Source: Isurus oxyrinchus
Lineage: Eukaryota
DNA: 64,000 bases
Reading direction: 5' to 3'
NCBI GenBank assembly: GCA_026770705.1
Contig: JANJGN010000052.1
Coordinates: 1,550,001-1,614,000, forward strand
Under the pieces are notes generated by a model. It ran no database searches. It was not told where the DNA came from and saw only the letters and a program-made list of their open reading frames with translations. Numbering within the stretch: position 1 is the stretch's first letter; each line of letters starts with the position of its first letter. This document shows, one piece after another, positions 1 through 12,845 of this stretch. A program made the position numbers and the translations under genes.

Positions 1-584
1 TGTGTGAGAGAGCAAAAGAGAGGTAGAGTGTGTGTGCATGAGAGAGGGAGGTAGCTTGTGTGTGTGAGAGAGAGAGTGTGTGTGAGAGAAAGAGAACGTC
101 TGTGAGAGTGAGAGAGAATTTATGTGTGAGAGAGAAAGATAGAGAGAATGTGCGTGTGAGATAGTGTGTGTGCAAAAGAGAGTGTGTGTCTGTGAGAGAG
201 TGTTTGTGTATGTGAGAGTGTGTGTGTGAGATCGTGTGTGTGTGTGTTTGAGAAAGAGGGTGTGTGTGTTTGAGAGAGGGAGTGTGCGAGAAAGAGATGG
301 TGTGAGTGTTTGAGGGAGGGGGAGATTGTGTGTTTGAGACAGGGAGTGAGAGAGAACATGTGTGTGAGAGAGAGAGTGTGTGTGTATGTGTGTGTGTGAA
401 AGAGAAAGTGTTTGTGCAAAACAGTGTGTGTTTGAGAGTATGTGTGCATGTGTGAGTGTGTGTGTGTGTGTGCTAATGTTTGTGTCTATGTGTGTGTGAG
501 GGTTTGTGTGTGAGTGAGTTTGTGCGTTTGTGTGCGTGTGTGTGTGCATGTGTGTGCGTGAAAGAGTGTTTGTGCAAAAGAGTG
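1..584. repeat. (TG)n/(GA)n compound low-complexity tract
   Basis: Alternating tgtg/gaga runs throughout. Confidence 0.95.
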
Positions 585-817
585 NNNNNNNNNNNNNNNN
601 NNNNNNNNNNNNNNNNNNNNNNNNNNNNNNNNNNNNNNNNNNNNNNNNNNNNNNNNNNNNNNNNNNNNNNNNNNNNNNNNNNNNNNNNNNNNNNNNNNNN
701 NNNNNNNNNNNNNNNNNNNNNNNNNNNNNNNNNNNNNNNNNNNNNNNNNNNNNNNNNNNNNNNNNNNNNNNNNNNNNNNNNNNNNNNNNNNNNNNNNNNN
801 NNNNNNNNNNNNNNNNN
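585..817. other. Assembly gap (233 N)
   Basis: Run of n characters. Confidence 1.
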
Positions 818-1261
818 ACAGTTACACACGTTGCTAGGGATCACTTTTCCGCCTCTCTGTCAGACTGTGTGTATCTGACAGCAGGTCAGGCAGAAATAGT
901 CCAGAATGCGCTGTGGTTTTGTAGCATTGAAACAACGACAGGAACTAAATGAGTGCTGCACCAAATAAAGACATGGAGTTACCACACCAAAAAACCACGT
1001 GACATCCCCAGTTTCACATCTCCCTCAAACACAGAAAAACTGGGTTAACACTGACCCTCCTCCCAGAGCCAGTTCACCTCGTGTCCGATGCAGTCAGGAG
1101 AGGAAGATCATCTCTCCTCCGATCCTGCTAAACTGAACATTTCCAGAATTAGATCAGCTCCCTGAAGTGTCTCCAGTTAGACATTCATCTGACAGGATTG
1201 ACTCTACAACCCTGGGGACTCATTCTCCTGTAAGTAAAACACTTGCTGCTCCTGTCAAATC

Positions 1262-1535
1262 TCTTCTGTACAGCATGGTCTCTGGATGTCCCAGAACACT
1301 TTACAGTTGAGTACACCCTTTTTTCGAAGTGTGGTTACTGTCGTAATGTAGGAAACGCAGCAGCCAATTAGCGCACAGCAAGCTCCCACAAACAGCAATG
1401 TGATCACCTGTTTTTGGTGATGTTGGTTGAGGGATAAATACTGGTCCCAGGACACTGGGGAGATCTCCCCCCTGCTCTTCCTCCAAATAGTGGCTGTGGG
1501 ATCTTTCACACCCGCCCGAGAGGGCAGACGGGGGA
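1262..1535 (-). mobile_element. DeuSINE/SacSINE1-like SINE fragment
   Basis: Reverse complement of gaaagatcccacagccactatttggaggaagagcagggg...ttgtgggagcttgctgtgc, also seen at 16175-16430; family assignment from memory of the Deu domain. Confidence 0.75.
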
Positions 1536-2126
1536 CTCGATTTAGGGTCTAATATTGGACTAATCTCCAGGCGAGGTTGGCTGGATGGATTATTGACAAG
1601 GTCCATTCACACTGTAAAGAGTTTCTCTGGTTTGAAATACCCGATCAAACATCGAGTTCTGTGTCTAAACATTGTGTTGAAAAGACACCTTTCCAGCTCT
1701 TCACCTGCCATTAGCTTGTTGAGTCTTCACATGCTCCGTCTGTCCGTGGCCAACCCCTCTTAGCTCATCCTTTCCTTGTCGTACATTGAGCTGTTCATCC
1801 TGACGGGTTCCCTCCTTCCCAGTAACACTCCATCTCCGACATCAAAGTAACTCCCAACACGTTGATGAATTGTATGGATTCCAGCGTCAGTTGGTACTGT
1901 CTGAGGCTGTTTCTCTGATCGGGGACCGAGCTGTTCTGAATGGACATTGTGTTCAGTACTGATCCTCCGACAGTGCAGCACTCCCTCAGTACTTACCCTC
2001 TGACAGTGCAGCACGCCCTCAGTACTGATCCTCTGACAGTGCAGCACTCCCTCACCACTCCCTCACTGGGGAGAATCTACCTGGGTTTTGAGCTGAAATC
2101 ATGAGCAGGTCTTAATACATTCTGTA

Positions 2127-5100
2127 TCAGAGAGAGAGAGAGTGTCTGAGAGACAGAGAGAGACAGAGAGACTGTGTGAGAGAGAAAAAGAGATAGAGAG
2201 AGTGTGTGCATGTGTGAGGGAGAGTGTTTGTATATGAGGGAGAGAGTGTGCATGTGAGAGTGTGTGAGAGAGAGTGTGTGGGAGAGAGCGTGCGTTTGTG
2301 ACAGAGAGTGTGTATGTGTGCGAGGGAGAGAAAGAGAGAGACAGCAGAAGAGCGAGATGAAGAGAAATGTTAAATGTTTGTGAGAGAGAGAATGTGTGTG
2401 TCTGAGAGAGTGTGTGTGTGTTTGTGAGAGAGAGTGTGTGCTTGACAGAAAGAGAGATTGTGTTAGTTTTAGGGAAAGTGTGTGAGTGTGTGAGAGAGTG
2501 TTTGTGTCTGAGAGAGAGAGAGAGAATGTATTTGAGGGAGGGAGACAGAGAGAATGTGTGTGTGAGAGAGAGAGAGATAGAGCAGAAGAGTGCGATAGAG
2601 AGAGATTGTGAGTGTTAGAGAGAGAATGTGTGTGTGTGTGAGAGAGAGATAGAGCAGAGGAGTGTGATAGAGAGAGATTGTGAGTGTTAGAGAGAGAATG
2701 CATGTGTGATAGAGAGAGAGAGAGAGCAGAGGAGTGTGAAAGAGAGAGATTGTGAGTGTTAGAGAGAGAAGGTGTGTGTGTGAGAGAGAGAGAGAGCAGA
2801 GGAGTGTGATAGAGAGAGATTGTGAGTGTTAGAGAGAGAATGTGTGTGTGTGAGAGAGAGAGAGAGAGCAGAAGAGTGTGATAGAGAGAGATTGTGAGTG
2901 TTAGAGAGAGATAGTGTGTGTGTGTGAGAGAGAGATAGAGCAGAGGAGTGTGATAGAGAGAGATTGTGAGTGTTAGAGAGAGAATGTGTGTGTGTGAGAG
3001 AGAGAGAGAGCAGAGGAGTGTGATAGAGAGAGACTGTGAGTGTTAGAGAGAGAATGTGTGTGTGTGTGAGAGAGAGATAGAGCAGAAGAGTGCGATAGAG
3101 AGAGATTGTGAGTGTTAGAGAGAGAATATGTGCGTGTGAAAGAGAGAGAGAGAGAGCAGAAGAGTGCAACGGAGAGAGATTGTGAGTTTGAGAGAGAGAA
3201 GGTGTGTGCATGTGAGAGAGAGAGAGCAGAAGAGTGTGATAGAGAGAGACTGTGAATGTTAGAGAGAGAATGTGTGTGTGAGAGAGAGAGAGATAGAGCA
3301 GAAGAGTGTGTTAGAGAGAGATTGTGAGTGTTAGAGAGAGAATGTGTGTGTGTGAGAGAGAGAGATAGAGCAGAAGAGTGTGATAGAGAGAGACTGTGAA
3401 TGTTAGAGAGAGAATGTGTGTGTGAGAGAGAGAGAGATAGAGCAGAAGAGTGTGATAGAGAGAGATTGTGAGTGTTAGAGAGAGAATGTGTGTGTGTGAG
3501 AGAGAGAGATAGAGCAGAAGAGTGCGATAGAGAGAGATTGTGAGTGTTAGAGAGAGGATGTGTGTGTGTGAGAGAGAGAGATAGAGCAGAAGAGTGTGAT
3601 AGAGAGAGATTGTGAGTGTTAGAGAGAGAATGTGTGTGTGTGAGAGAGAGAGATAGAGCAGAAGAGTGTGATAGAGAGAGACTGAGTGTTAGAGAGAGAA
3701 CGTGTGTGTGAGAGAGAGAGAGAGAGAGCAGAAGAGTGCGATAGAGAGAGATTGTGATTGTTAGAGAGAGAATGTGTGTGTGTGTGAGAGAGAGATAGAG
3801 CAGAAGAGTGTGATAGAGAGAGATTGTGAGTGTTAGAGAGAGAATGTGTGTGTGTGTGTGTGAGAGAGAGATAGAGCAGAAGAGTGTGATAGAGAGAGAT
3901 TGTGAGTGTTAGAGAGAATATGTGTGTGAGTGAGAGAGAGATAGAGCAGAAGAGTGTGATAGAGAGAGATTGTGAGTGTTAGAGAGAGAATGTGTGTGTG
4001 AGAGAGAGAGAGATAGAGCAGAAGAGTGTGATAGAGAGAGATTGTGAGTTTTAGAGAGAGAATGTGTGTGTGTGAGAGAGAGAGAGAGAGAGCAGAAGAG
4101 TGTGTTAGAGAGAGATTGTGAGTGTTAGAGAGAGAATGTGTGTGTGTGAGAGAGAGATAGAGATAGAGCAGAAGAGTGTGATAGAGAGAGAATGTGTGTG
4201 TGAGAGAGAGAGAGAGAGCAGAAGAGTGCGATAGAGATTGTGAGTGTTAGAGAGAGAATGTGTGTGTGAGAGAGAGAGAAAGAGCAGGAGTGTTTTAGAG
4301 AGAGATTGTGAGTGTTAGAGAGAGAATGTGTGTGTGTGAGAGAGAGAGAGATAGAGCAGAAGAGTGTGTTAGAGAGAGATTGTGAGTGTAAGAGAGAGAA
4401 TGTGTGTGTGTGTGAGAGAGAGAGAGATAGAGCAGAAGAGTGTGATAGAGAGAGATTGTGAGTGTTAGAGAGAGAAGGTGTGTGTGTGAGAGAGAGAGAG
4501 ATAGAGCAGAAGAGTGTGTTAGAGAGAGATTGTGAGTGTTAGAGAGAGAATGTGTGTGTGTGAGAGAGAGAGATAGAGCAGAGGAGTGTGATAGAGAGAG
4601 ATTGTGAGTGTTAGAGAGAGAATGTGTGTGCGATAGAGAGAGAGATAGAGCAGAAGTGTGCGATAGAGAGAGATTGTGAGTGTTAGAGAGAGAATGTGTG
4701 TGTGTGAGAGAGAGAGAGATAGAGCAGAAGAGTGCGATAGAGAGAGATTGTGTTTGTGAGAGAGAGAGATAGAGCAGAAGAGTGTGATAGAGAGAGATTG
4801 TGTTTGTGAGAGAGAGATAGAGCAGAGGAGTGTGATAGAGAGAGATTGTGAGTGTTAGAGAGAGAATGTGTGTGTGTGAGAGAGAGAGAGAGCAGAAGAG
4901 AGCGATAGAGAGAGATTGTGTTTGTTTGAGAGAGAATGTGTGTGTGTGAGAGAGAGAGATAGAGCAGATGAGTGTGCTAGAGAGAGATTGTGAGTGTTAG
5001 AGAGAGAATGTGTGTGTGTGAGAGAGAGAGAGATAGAGCAGAAGAGTGTGTTAGAGAGAGATTGTGAGTGTAAGAGAGAGAATGTGTGTGTGTGTGAGAG

Positions 5101-6528
5101 AGAGAGAGATAGAGCAGAAGAGTGTGATAGAGAGAGATTGTGAGTGTTAGAGAGAGAAGGTGTGTGTGTGAGAGAGAGAGAGATAGAGCAGAAGAGTGTG
5201 TTAGAGAGAGATTGTGAGTGTTAGAGAGAGAATGTGTGTGTGTGAGAGAGAGAGATAGAGCAGAGGAGTGTGATAGAGAGAGATTGTGAGTGTTAGAGAG
5301 AGAATGTGTGTGCGATAGAGAGAGAGATAGAGCAGAAGTGTGCGATAGAGAGAGATTGTGAGTGTTAGAGAGAGAATGTGTGTGTGTGAGAGAGAGAGAG
5401 ATAGAGCAGAAGAGTGCGATAGAGAGAGATTGTGTTTGTGAGAGAGAGAGATAGAGCAGAAGAGTGTGATAGAGAGAGATTGTGTTTGTGAGAGAGAGAT
5501 AGAGCAGAGGAGTGTGATAGAGAGAGATTGTGAGTGTTAGAGAGAGAATGTGTGTGTGTGAGAGAGAGAGAGAGCAGAAGAGAGCGATAGAGAGAGATTG
5601 TGTTTGTTTGAGAGAGAATGTGTGTGTGTGAGAGAGAGAGATAGAGCAGATGAGTGTGCTAGAGAGAGATTGTGAGTGTTAGAGAGAGAATGTGTGTGTG
5701 TGAGAGAGAGAGAGATAGAGCAGAAGAGTGTGATAGAGAGAGATTGTGTGTGTTAGAGAGAGAATGTGTGTGTGAGAGAGAGAGATAGAGCAGAAGAGTG
5801 CGATAGAGAGAGATTGTGAATGTTAGAGAGAGAATGTGTGTGTGTGAGAGAGAGAGAGAGCAGAAGAGTGTGATAGAGAGAGATTGTGAGTGTTAGAGAG
5901 AGAATGTGTGTGTGTGAGAGAGAGAGAGCAGAACAGTGCGATAGAGAGAGATTGTGAGTGTTAGAGAGAGGATGTGTGTGTTTGTGAGAGAGAGAGAGAG
6001 CAGAAGAGAGCGATAGAGAGAGATTGTGAGTGTTAGAGAGAGAATGTGTGTGTGAGAGAGAGAGAGATAGAGCAGAAGAGTGTGATAGAGAGAGATTGTG
6101 AGTGTTAGAGAGAGAATGTGTGTGTGAGAGAGAGAGTTAGAGCAGAAGAGTGAGATAGAGAGAGATTGTGCTTGTTAGAGAGAGAATGTGTGTGTGTGTG
6201 TGAGAGAGAGATAGAGCAGAGGAGTGTGATAGAGAGAGATTGTGAGTATTAGAGAGAAGGTGTGTGTGTGAGAGAGAGATAGAGCAGAAGAGTGTGATAG
6301 GGAGAGATTGTGAGTGTTAGAGAGAGAATGTGTGTGTGAGAGAGAGAGAGAGAGCAGAATAGTGTGATAGAGAGAGATTGTGAGTGTTATAGAGAGAATG
6401 TGTGTGTGTGAGAGAGAGAGATAGAGCAGAGGAGTGTGATAGAGAGAGATTGTGAGTGTTAGAGAGAGAATGTGTGTGTGTGAGAGAGAGAGATAGAGCA
6501 GAAGAGTGTGATAGATAGAGATTGTGAG
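2127..6528. repeat. Compound satellite, ~60-64 bp unit (gagagatagagcagaagagtgtgatagagagagattgtgagtgttagagagagaatgtgtgtgt); less regular before ~2560
   Basis: Dozens of tandem copies with variable GA/TG run lengths. Confidence 0.97.
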
Positions 6529-6796
6529 GACTAAACTCACTGAGAGAAAAAGCTGGACACCCAGCACAGGGAGTGAGGGAACAATGAATTTTTGCCGTGT
6601 TTGGTGAATCGGTTTGCGATGTCCCTTCTCAATCTCTCCTTCCTTGTCTTGACATTAGATAATTCCCTGGGGCTGTTTAATTCCCTGAAAGGTGCCATTT
6701 AAACACAAGTTGTTGTTGTTTGAGGAAGAAACACTGGGGACAATTTCTGAAAAAGTCTCTGTCTTTATCATTTTCCATTTAGATGAGGAACTGAAG

Positions 6797-6842
6797 ATGG
6801 GAGAGGTCGGTCTGATATTGATCTTCATCAGCTTGCTGCAAG
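6797..6842 (+). pseudogene. Leader exon of a Siglec/MAG-like pseudogene (MGEVGLILIFISLLQG, phase 1)
   Basis: ATG at 6797, hydrophobic stretch, CAAG|gtacaa donor at 6843; upstream acceptor ttttccatttag ending 6782. Confidence 0.8.
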
Positions 6843-7149
6843 GTACAAATTCATTACTGATCGGAACTCAGGGAATTGGATTCTTTCCTGGAGTGAGGAA
6901 GTGAACATTTAATTTTAGAGAACAGGGTTAGTGATCACACAGAGAGTGAGTGATTAGCGAGTCAGAGAATATAGCAAAAGCAAAAGCCTCATACGGACTC
7001 GAAACACCAACTCTGTTTCTCTCTCCACAGATGCTGTCAGACCTGCTGAGTTTTTCCAGCATTTTCTGTTTGTGCATCAGAGAGCTTGTTTCAATAGGAA
7101 TGACAGTGCATTTATATAGCACCTTTAATGCAGTAAAACATCCTTATTG

Positions 7150-7630
7150 CTTCACAGGATTCCCCCACAAGGGGTAACATCCCCTCAGCATCGACCCTGT
7201 CAAACCCCCCACCACCTCAGAATCTTATATGTTTCAATAAGATCACCTCTCATTCTTCTAAACTCCAATGGATACAGGGCCCAACCTGCTCAACATTTCC
7301 TCATAAGACAAACCCCCTTCATCCCAGGAATCAGCCCAGTGATCCTCCTCTGAGCTGCCTCCAATGCAGAGTCTATCCCTCCCTAAGTAAGGAGACCAGA
7401 ACTGTACACACTGCTCCTGATACAATCTCACCAACGCCCTGTGCAGTTGTAGCAAGACTCCCCTCCTTTTATACTCCATCCCTTTGCAATAAAGGCCAAC
7501 ATTCCACTTGCCTTCCTCATTCCGTGCTGTTCCTGAATGCTGACTTTCTGTGATTCATGTACAAGGACACCCAGATCCCTCTGTACCGCATTCTGCTGCC
7601 TCTCTCCATTGAAGTAATATTCTGCTTTTT
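7150..7630 (-). mobile_element. CR1/HER1-like LINE 3' fragment in the leader-V intron
   Basis: Minus-strand translation MEYKRRGVLLQLHRALVRLYQEQCVQFWSPYL, typical of the CR1 ORF2 C-terminus. Confidence 0.85.
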
Positions 7631-7662
7631 GATGTTCAGTCCCCTCCCTTGTTGCCTTTCAG

Positions 7663-7964
7663 GAGTGACGTCAGAGGGATGGTCTATGAATGCGCTGCCT
7701 CGGAGGGCCATCAGCAGCTCTTGTGTGGTTATTCCGTGTAGCTTTGACTTTCCTTCCCACTCTTACACAGCACTGCACGGAGCTTGGTATAAATATTGGT
7801 ATAGATGGAAATATACCGTCACATACACCAAAGATCCCAATTATGGGGTGGCCACATTCGTGGGACGTGCTAAAATAATCGGCGACTTGGAAGGGAAGAA
7901 TTGTTTGGTGAGGATTGACAGTCTCAGAGCTGAAGACAGTGACGTGTATTGCACCCAATTCTAA
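7663..7964 (+). pseudogene. Truncated Siglec/MAG-like V-set exon
   Basis: Acceptor cctttcag| at 7662; GVTSEGWSMNALPRRAISSSCVVIPCSFDFP...HGAWY...GRAKIIGDLEGKNCLVRIDSLRAEDSDVY, then runs into Gypsy gag sequence at ~7950 with a stop at 7962-7964; no F-strand Arg, G strand or donor. Confidence 0.85.
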
Positions 7965-8351
7965 ATCTTTTCACCAATTAGTCGACCTCATGAAGATGTA
8001 TTTTCAGCTGAAGCCGTGGGTAATAATGAAAAGGTTTAAGTTTAACTCCAGAGTAAGGGCCCCGGGAGAGTCCATCGCAACCTATACAGTGAAGTGGAAG
8101 CAGGTGACTGAGCACTGGGACCTCGGAGACACACTCAATGACATGTTGCGGGGCCGATTGGTTTGTGTCGTTCACCCCAACGCCATTCAGAGCCGTTTAC
8201 TCGCAGAAGCCGACATCGATTTGAAGCGCACCATGGAAATAGCGCCAGGCATGGAAAGTGCTGGGAGAGACTGGCGGGATTTACAGGATGTACAACATGG
8301 CACCAGTCCTCAGCTGGGACAGGAACCAACCACCGGGCGTGAGGCTCAAAC

Positions 8352-8390
<39 letters not shown>

Positions 8391-9090
8391 CCGCCAAGCG
8401 AGAGACAGTCTCTGCCGCTCCAGAAACTAAAAGGCTTCGTGGGAGTATTTCAGCAGCAACTCCGAAGTTGGCCTGTTCTCGATGTGGGGGGCATTGAGCA
8501 CGTACTGGACACCTGCAGGTTCAAGGGGGCAGAATGCCATCACTGCCACAAGAAAGGGGCGGGTAATAAAGCAATGCAGGGTGAAATCGAGACAGCCCAT
8601 CAGACAGTGCACCAACATGATGGAAGTGAATAATATCACAGAGCCTGAAGCTGCTGATACCGATGTCTATTCCCTGTCCAATGTCACAGTGGTAAAAACT
8701 GAACCTATAACCATCACAACCCAAGTGAATGGGCAGCCACTAGTAATGGGGCAGATACGGGAGCCTCAGACACAGTGGTGGAAGAGCTCACATTTAAACA
8801 GCTAAATGAAGGAACCCAGACGCTGAATTTAGAGCCAACAATGGATCAGCTGAAGACACACACTGGAGAATCCATACAGGGAAAGGACCTCATCCCAGTA
8901 CCTGTGTCCTACAGGCAGCAGACAGCCCAGCTTCCAGTGATCATAGCGACAGGTGAGGGCCCTAGTCTTCTGGGCCGAGACTGGTTCCAGAAAACCAAGC
9001 TCAGCTGCTCTGAAATGTTTCACTGGAGGAGTTGCTGAGTTGCTGGGGGAATATGAGAGTGTATCTCGGAATGAGTTTGAAGAATTGAAG
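7950..9090 (+). mobile_element. Decayed Ty3/Gypsy gag-protease remnant
   Basis: Gag KRFKFNSRVRAPGESIATY...MLRGRLVC; degenerate zinc knuckles CSRCGGH and CHHCHKKG; protease-like VNGQPLVM...LLGRDW, spread over frameshifts. Confidence 0.85.
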
Positions 9091-9334
9091 CATCCTCACA
9101 GGCTGCAAGTGTCCCTCAGGTCAGAGTTGGTTCCACTGGAAAATCCTGAAGAGAAAGAAAGCGAATTCTGTGCCGCTCTGAGCAAACTGAAGAAACAGTT
9201 GGCAGGGAAGACCCAACCATGTCCAATGTTCCAGGAGGAAGGCAAGAGATACAAGGAAGAGACTGAAGAGCTGAAGATTCAGCTGAATGAAACCAAAGAG
9301 GCAGTTACAGTATCACAACAAGTTTACAGTGCAG

Positions 9335-9571
9335 AAGGAGGCCATTCAGCCCGTCGAGCCTGTTACACAGGAACAGGAGGAGGCCATTCAGCCCCCTCAA
9401 GCCTGTAACACAGAAACAGGAGGAGGCCATTCAGCCCCCTCGGGCCTGTTACACAAGAACAGGAGGAGGCCCATTCAGCCCCATTGAGCCTGTTACACAG
9501 AAAAAGGACGAGGCCCATTCTGCCTTACTGATGTCCGTTACACAGGAACAGGAGGAGGCCATTCAGCCCCT
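9335..9571. repeat. ~42-bp tandem repeat (aggaggccattcagcccctcgagcctgttacacaggaacagg) resembling a CR1 3' tail
   Basis: About 5-6 copies; reverse complement of the array at 59380-59912. Confidence 0.85.
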
Positions 9572-10804
9572 TGTAGGGTGTGGTGGTGTGTGTCAGCTTC
9601 ATCTGCGACTTCTGAGCCGTCTGAATCGCTCTCAATCCCTGGGTTCTAGACCTTGGACTTATTCGGGGCTTGTCACAAAGTGCAGCAGACAACTGGTTTT
9701 GGTGCAAGACAAAAACTGAGTTTACTGAAGTCACAAATGAACTTATAACATTAGGATGACACTGAGATTATACAGACTTACAAAGTACACTGAGTAAAGA
9801 ATGAGGAACACACGGCATAACGAGGGAGAATCACGCTACTAATGCCCTTACCCTTGTCCCACCCCCAAACCCTAACTAAATTGCACTAGGAGAGGTCAGG
9901 GGTCACGCTCACCATCCCAGGGTTCCTTGACAGTTGGAAATCCAGCCAGGTAAGCCGGTTGCAGTTTTGGGGGACGCTCTTAGTGTCCTCTGGGGCCTGT
10001 CATCCCCACGTGGTCCTGGTCTGTGGAATCTGCGAAGGGTCTTCAGTTGGGTGGAGGGCGCGGTTGTGGGTGGTCGATCTTCATGGAGGGCAGCGGTTGT
10101 GGCCTTGTTGTCTTCGGTTGAGCCTGCCACCCCGTGCCCCTCACCGTGATGTTGCCTGTGGGCCTGCAAACCTCCAGATCTCCTTGCTTAAACTCCCTGC
10201 TTCAACCGCTCCCAACTGCTCACTGCCCTGTGTCAGCTTTCAACACTGCAACCCTTCTGCTGGCTGGTTTCTCTCCCAACTGACTGCCCAGTTATACTGC
10301 CTTTCGAGTTTCTTATCGCAATCCAAATCAAGGTTCGTTCTTTGTTTGATTTTGGTGGGCTTCCCCAGGTGATTGATGTCTCGTTGTTTTTAATGGGCTC
10401 GCATGATGTTTATCATTGTCTTCCTGCCCAGTAACTAGTTTTGAACTGAAAGCCATTGTATGTGTGGAGTATTGATGGGTTCGCATAATTAAATTGCCGG
10501 CCTCAGAAGTTAGGAGCGATTATTGATGCAAGATTTAGATGGGCTTCAGTTGCGTGTGAAGTGAAGTCTTTCTCTGGGTTGATTGTATTAAAGGGAAGAA
10601 TGCGTATTCTGTCTCCTCTCGTTGTCTGGTTTCAGGCCAAACATTCCACACTGCTCTCAATAAGCCCGGACATGTGCAGCCCCAGGCCTTCATGGGCCCA
10701 GCCTCCTGTCTGCAGGGTTTTCCACTTAACTCAGCAGTTTAAAGGTCCAAAAGTGATATCCTTGTTGATGATATGGAAAATGTGGGAATTTTGAGAACCC
10801 TTCA

Positions 10805-11165
10805 AGAGATAGGGAGGGTTACAGGGGCTGGAGGAGGTTACAGGTATAGGGAGGGTTGTAGGGGCTGCAGGAGGTTACAGATATAGGGAGGGTTGTAGGG
10901 GTTGAAGGTGGTTACAGAGATGGGGAGGGTTGTGGGGGTTGGAGGAGGTTACAGATATAGGGAGGGGTGTCGGGGTTGAAGGTGGTTACAGAGATGGGGA
11001 GGGTTGTGGGGGTTGGAGGAGGTTACAGATATAGGGAGGGGTGTCGGGGTTGAAGGTGGTTACAGAGATGGGGAGGATTGTAGAGGCAGGTGGAGTCTGC
11101 CTTAGGGAGGGTTGTAGGGGCTGGAGGAAATGGAGAGAGAGAGGAGGTTACAGATATAGGGAGGG
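10805..11165. repeat. 37-bp minisatellite (agagatagggagggttgtaggggctggaggaggttac)
   Basis: About 9 degenerate copies, inverted relative to 13815-15780. Confidence 0.9.
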
Positions 11166-11329
11166 AGACAGTCAGAGAGAGAGCCTCCAGGAGATAGAGA
11201 GCGATAGAGAGATTGAGAGACAGACAGAGACTGAGAGAGGGAGAAGAGAGAAGGAGAGTGAGAGAGAGAGAGAACAAGTGTGAAAGATGGAGGAAGGGAA
11301 GAGTGGGGAGGAGGGGGCCTGATGGTATT

Positions 11330-11666
11330 TTCGCTGGACCAGTAATCCAGAGACCCAGCGTAATGCTCCTGGGACCCTGGTTAGAATCTCACCACAGCAG
11401 TTGGTGGAATTTCAATTCAATAAAAACCTGGAATTAAAAGTCCGATGATGACCAGGAAACCATTGCTGATTCTTGTATTTGGGTCACAAATGCTCTTTAG
11501 GGAGGGAAATCTGCTGTCCTTACCTGGTCTGGCCTACATGTGACTCCAGACCCACAGCAATGTGGTTCACTTTTAAAAAGTGGCCTCTGAACAAGGGCAA
11601 TTAGGGTTGGGCAATAAATGCTGGCCTAGGCAGTGATGTCCACATCACATGAAAGAATGAAATAAA
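11330..11666 (+). mobile_element. SINE (second family; also at 21085-21420 and 54655-54965 on -)
   Basis: Shared core tggcctacatgtgactccagacccacagcaatgtgg and tail ggcaataaatgctggcc...gaaataaaa. Confidence 0.75.
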
Positions 11667-12239
11667 AGGACAGAGAGGGACAGACAGAGTCGAGAGACAC
11701 CCAGAATGAAAAAAACACAGTAAACACTGGAAAATAAACATTCTGGTCTGATCTGGTCTTGTATACCTTCAAATGGAACACCAGTAACACAGGGAAATAA
11801 GAGTACTGGGCCAAACTGTTAGAGAGGGGCACATTTAGAGAGAGAGAGAGAGAGAGAAAGAGGGAGACACTGAAAGAGATAAGGACAAGGAAAGAAAGAG
11901 TGAGAGAGAGAGACAGACAGAGACACACAAAGAAGTAGAAAGAAAGTGATAGAGATGAAGCAGGAGAGAATGAGGAGAAAGATAGATAGATAGAGAGAGA
12001 GGATGGTAGAGAAAGAGAACGAGAGGAAAAGAGACAAAGGCAGAATGTGATGGAACACTGAATCCTTGTCTATGCATTTTGAAATCCAGCCCAGAACTAT
12101 CATTGGAAGATTCAGCGAGTGTCCAGTACAGGGGACCCAGCCCAACCTTCTCATCCTGACCTTCCCAGTGGGGCTGAAGAGGGCAGAGAGGAAACCTTCC
12201 TCTGTTATTCTGTTGTCGAATAAACACAACAATTCTGGA

Positions 12240-12845
12240 ACTCTGCCCTTTCTATCTCACGGATTAGAATATAAGGGGGCAGAGGTCATGCTTCAGTCTA
12301 CATAAAGCCCTGGCTAGACCACACCTGGAGTCACTGTGAGACATTCTGGGCCCCACACCTTAGGAAGGATATATTGACCTCGGAGGGAGAGCAGTGTCAG
12401 TTTACCAGAATGAGACCGGGACTCCAAGGGTTAAATCACAAGGAGAGATTAAACACAAACTCAGCTTGTATTCCTTGGAAGTTAGAATGTTAAGCAGGAG
12501 ATTTGATGAAAGTTTGCATGATATTAAGGGGAACAGATTGGGGGCAATAAAGAGAAACCATTTCCCCTGGTTGGGGGGAGTCTGGGACTCGGGGTCAGAG
12601 CCTAAAAAGGAATTAAATTAGGAAGTACAAAGGGTGGGAGAAATTTGGAACTCTCTTCCCCAAACAGGAACTGATGCACGATCAAGTTGTTCATTTTAAA
12701 CCTGTGAGACTGATAGATTTTTGTTATCCAAAGGTATTAAAGGAGATGGGACAAAGGCATATGGGGCTAGTTTGCAGATCAGCCATGAACTCTTTGAATG
12801 GTGGAGCAGGCTCGAGGGGCCAAATGGCCTCCTCCTACCCTTATG
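12240..12845 (+). mobile_element. CR1/HER1-like LINE 3' fragment
   Basis: gaatataagggggcagaggtcatg...gagcaggctcgaggggccaaatggcctcctcct tail. Confidence 0.8.

Noticed and set aside
1760-2121. Possible small minus-strand exons near 2081-2121 and below 1936
   Set aside because: No recognisable protein; part resembles LINE sequence (INVLGVTL).
120-6567. His/Thr/Ser/Leu-rich ORFs
   Set aside because: Translations of TG/GA satellites.
9572-10804. Possible solo LTR (tgtaggg...cccttca ends)
   Set aside because: Imperfect terminal match, no target-site duplication and no second copy in the window.
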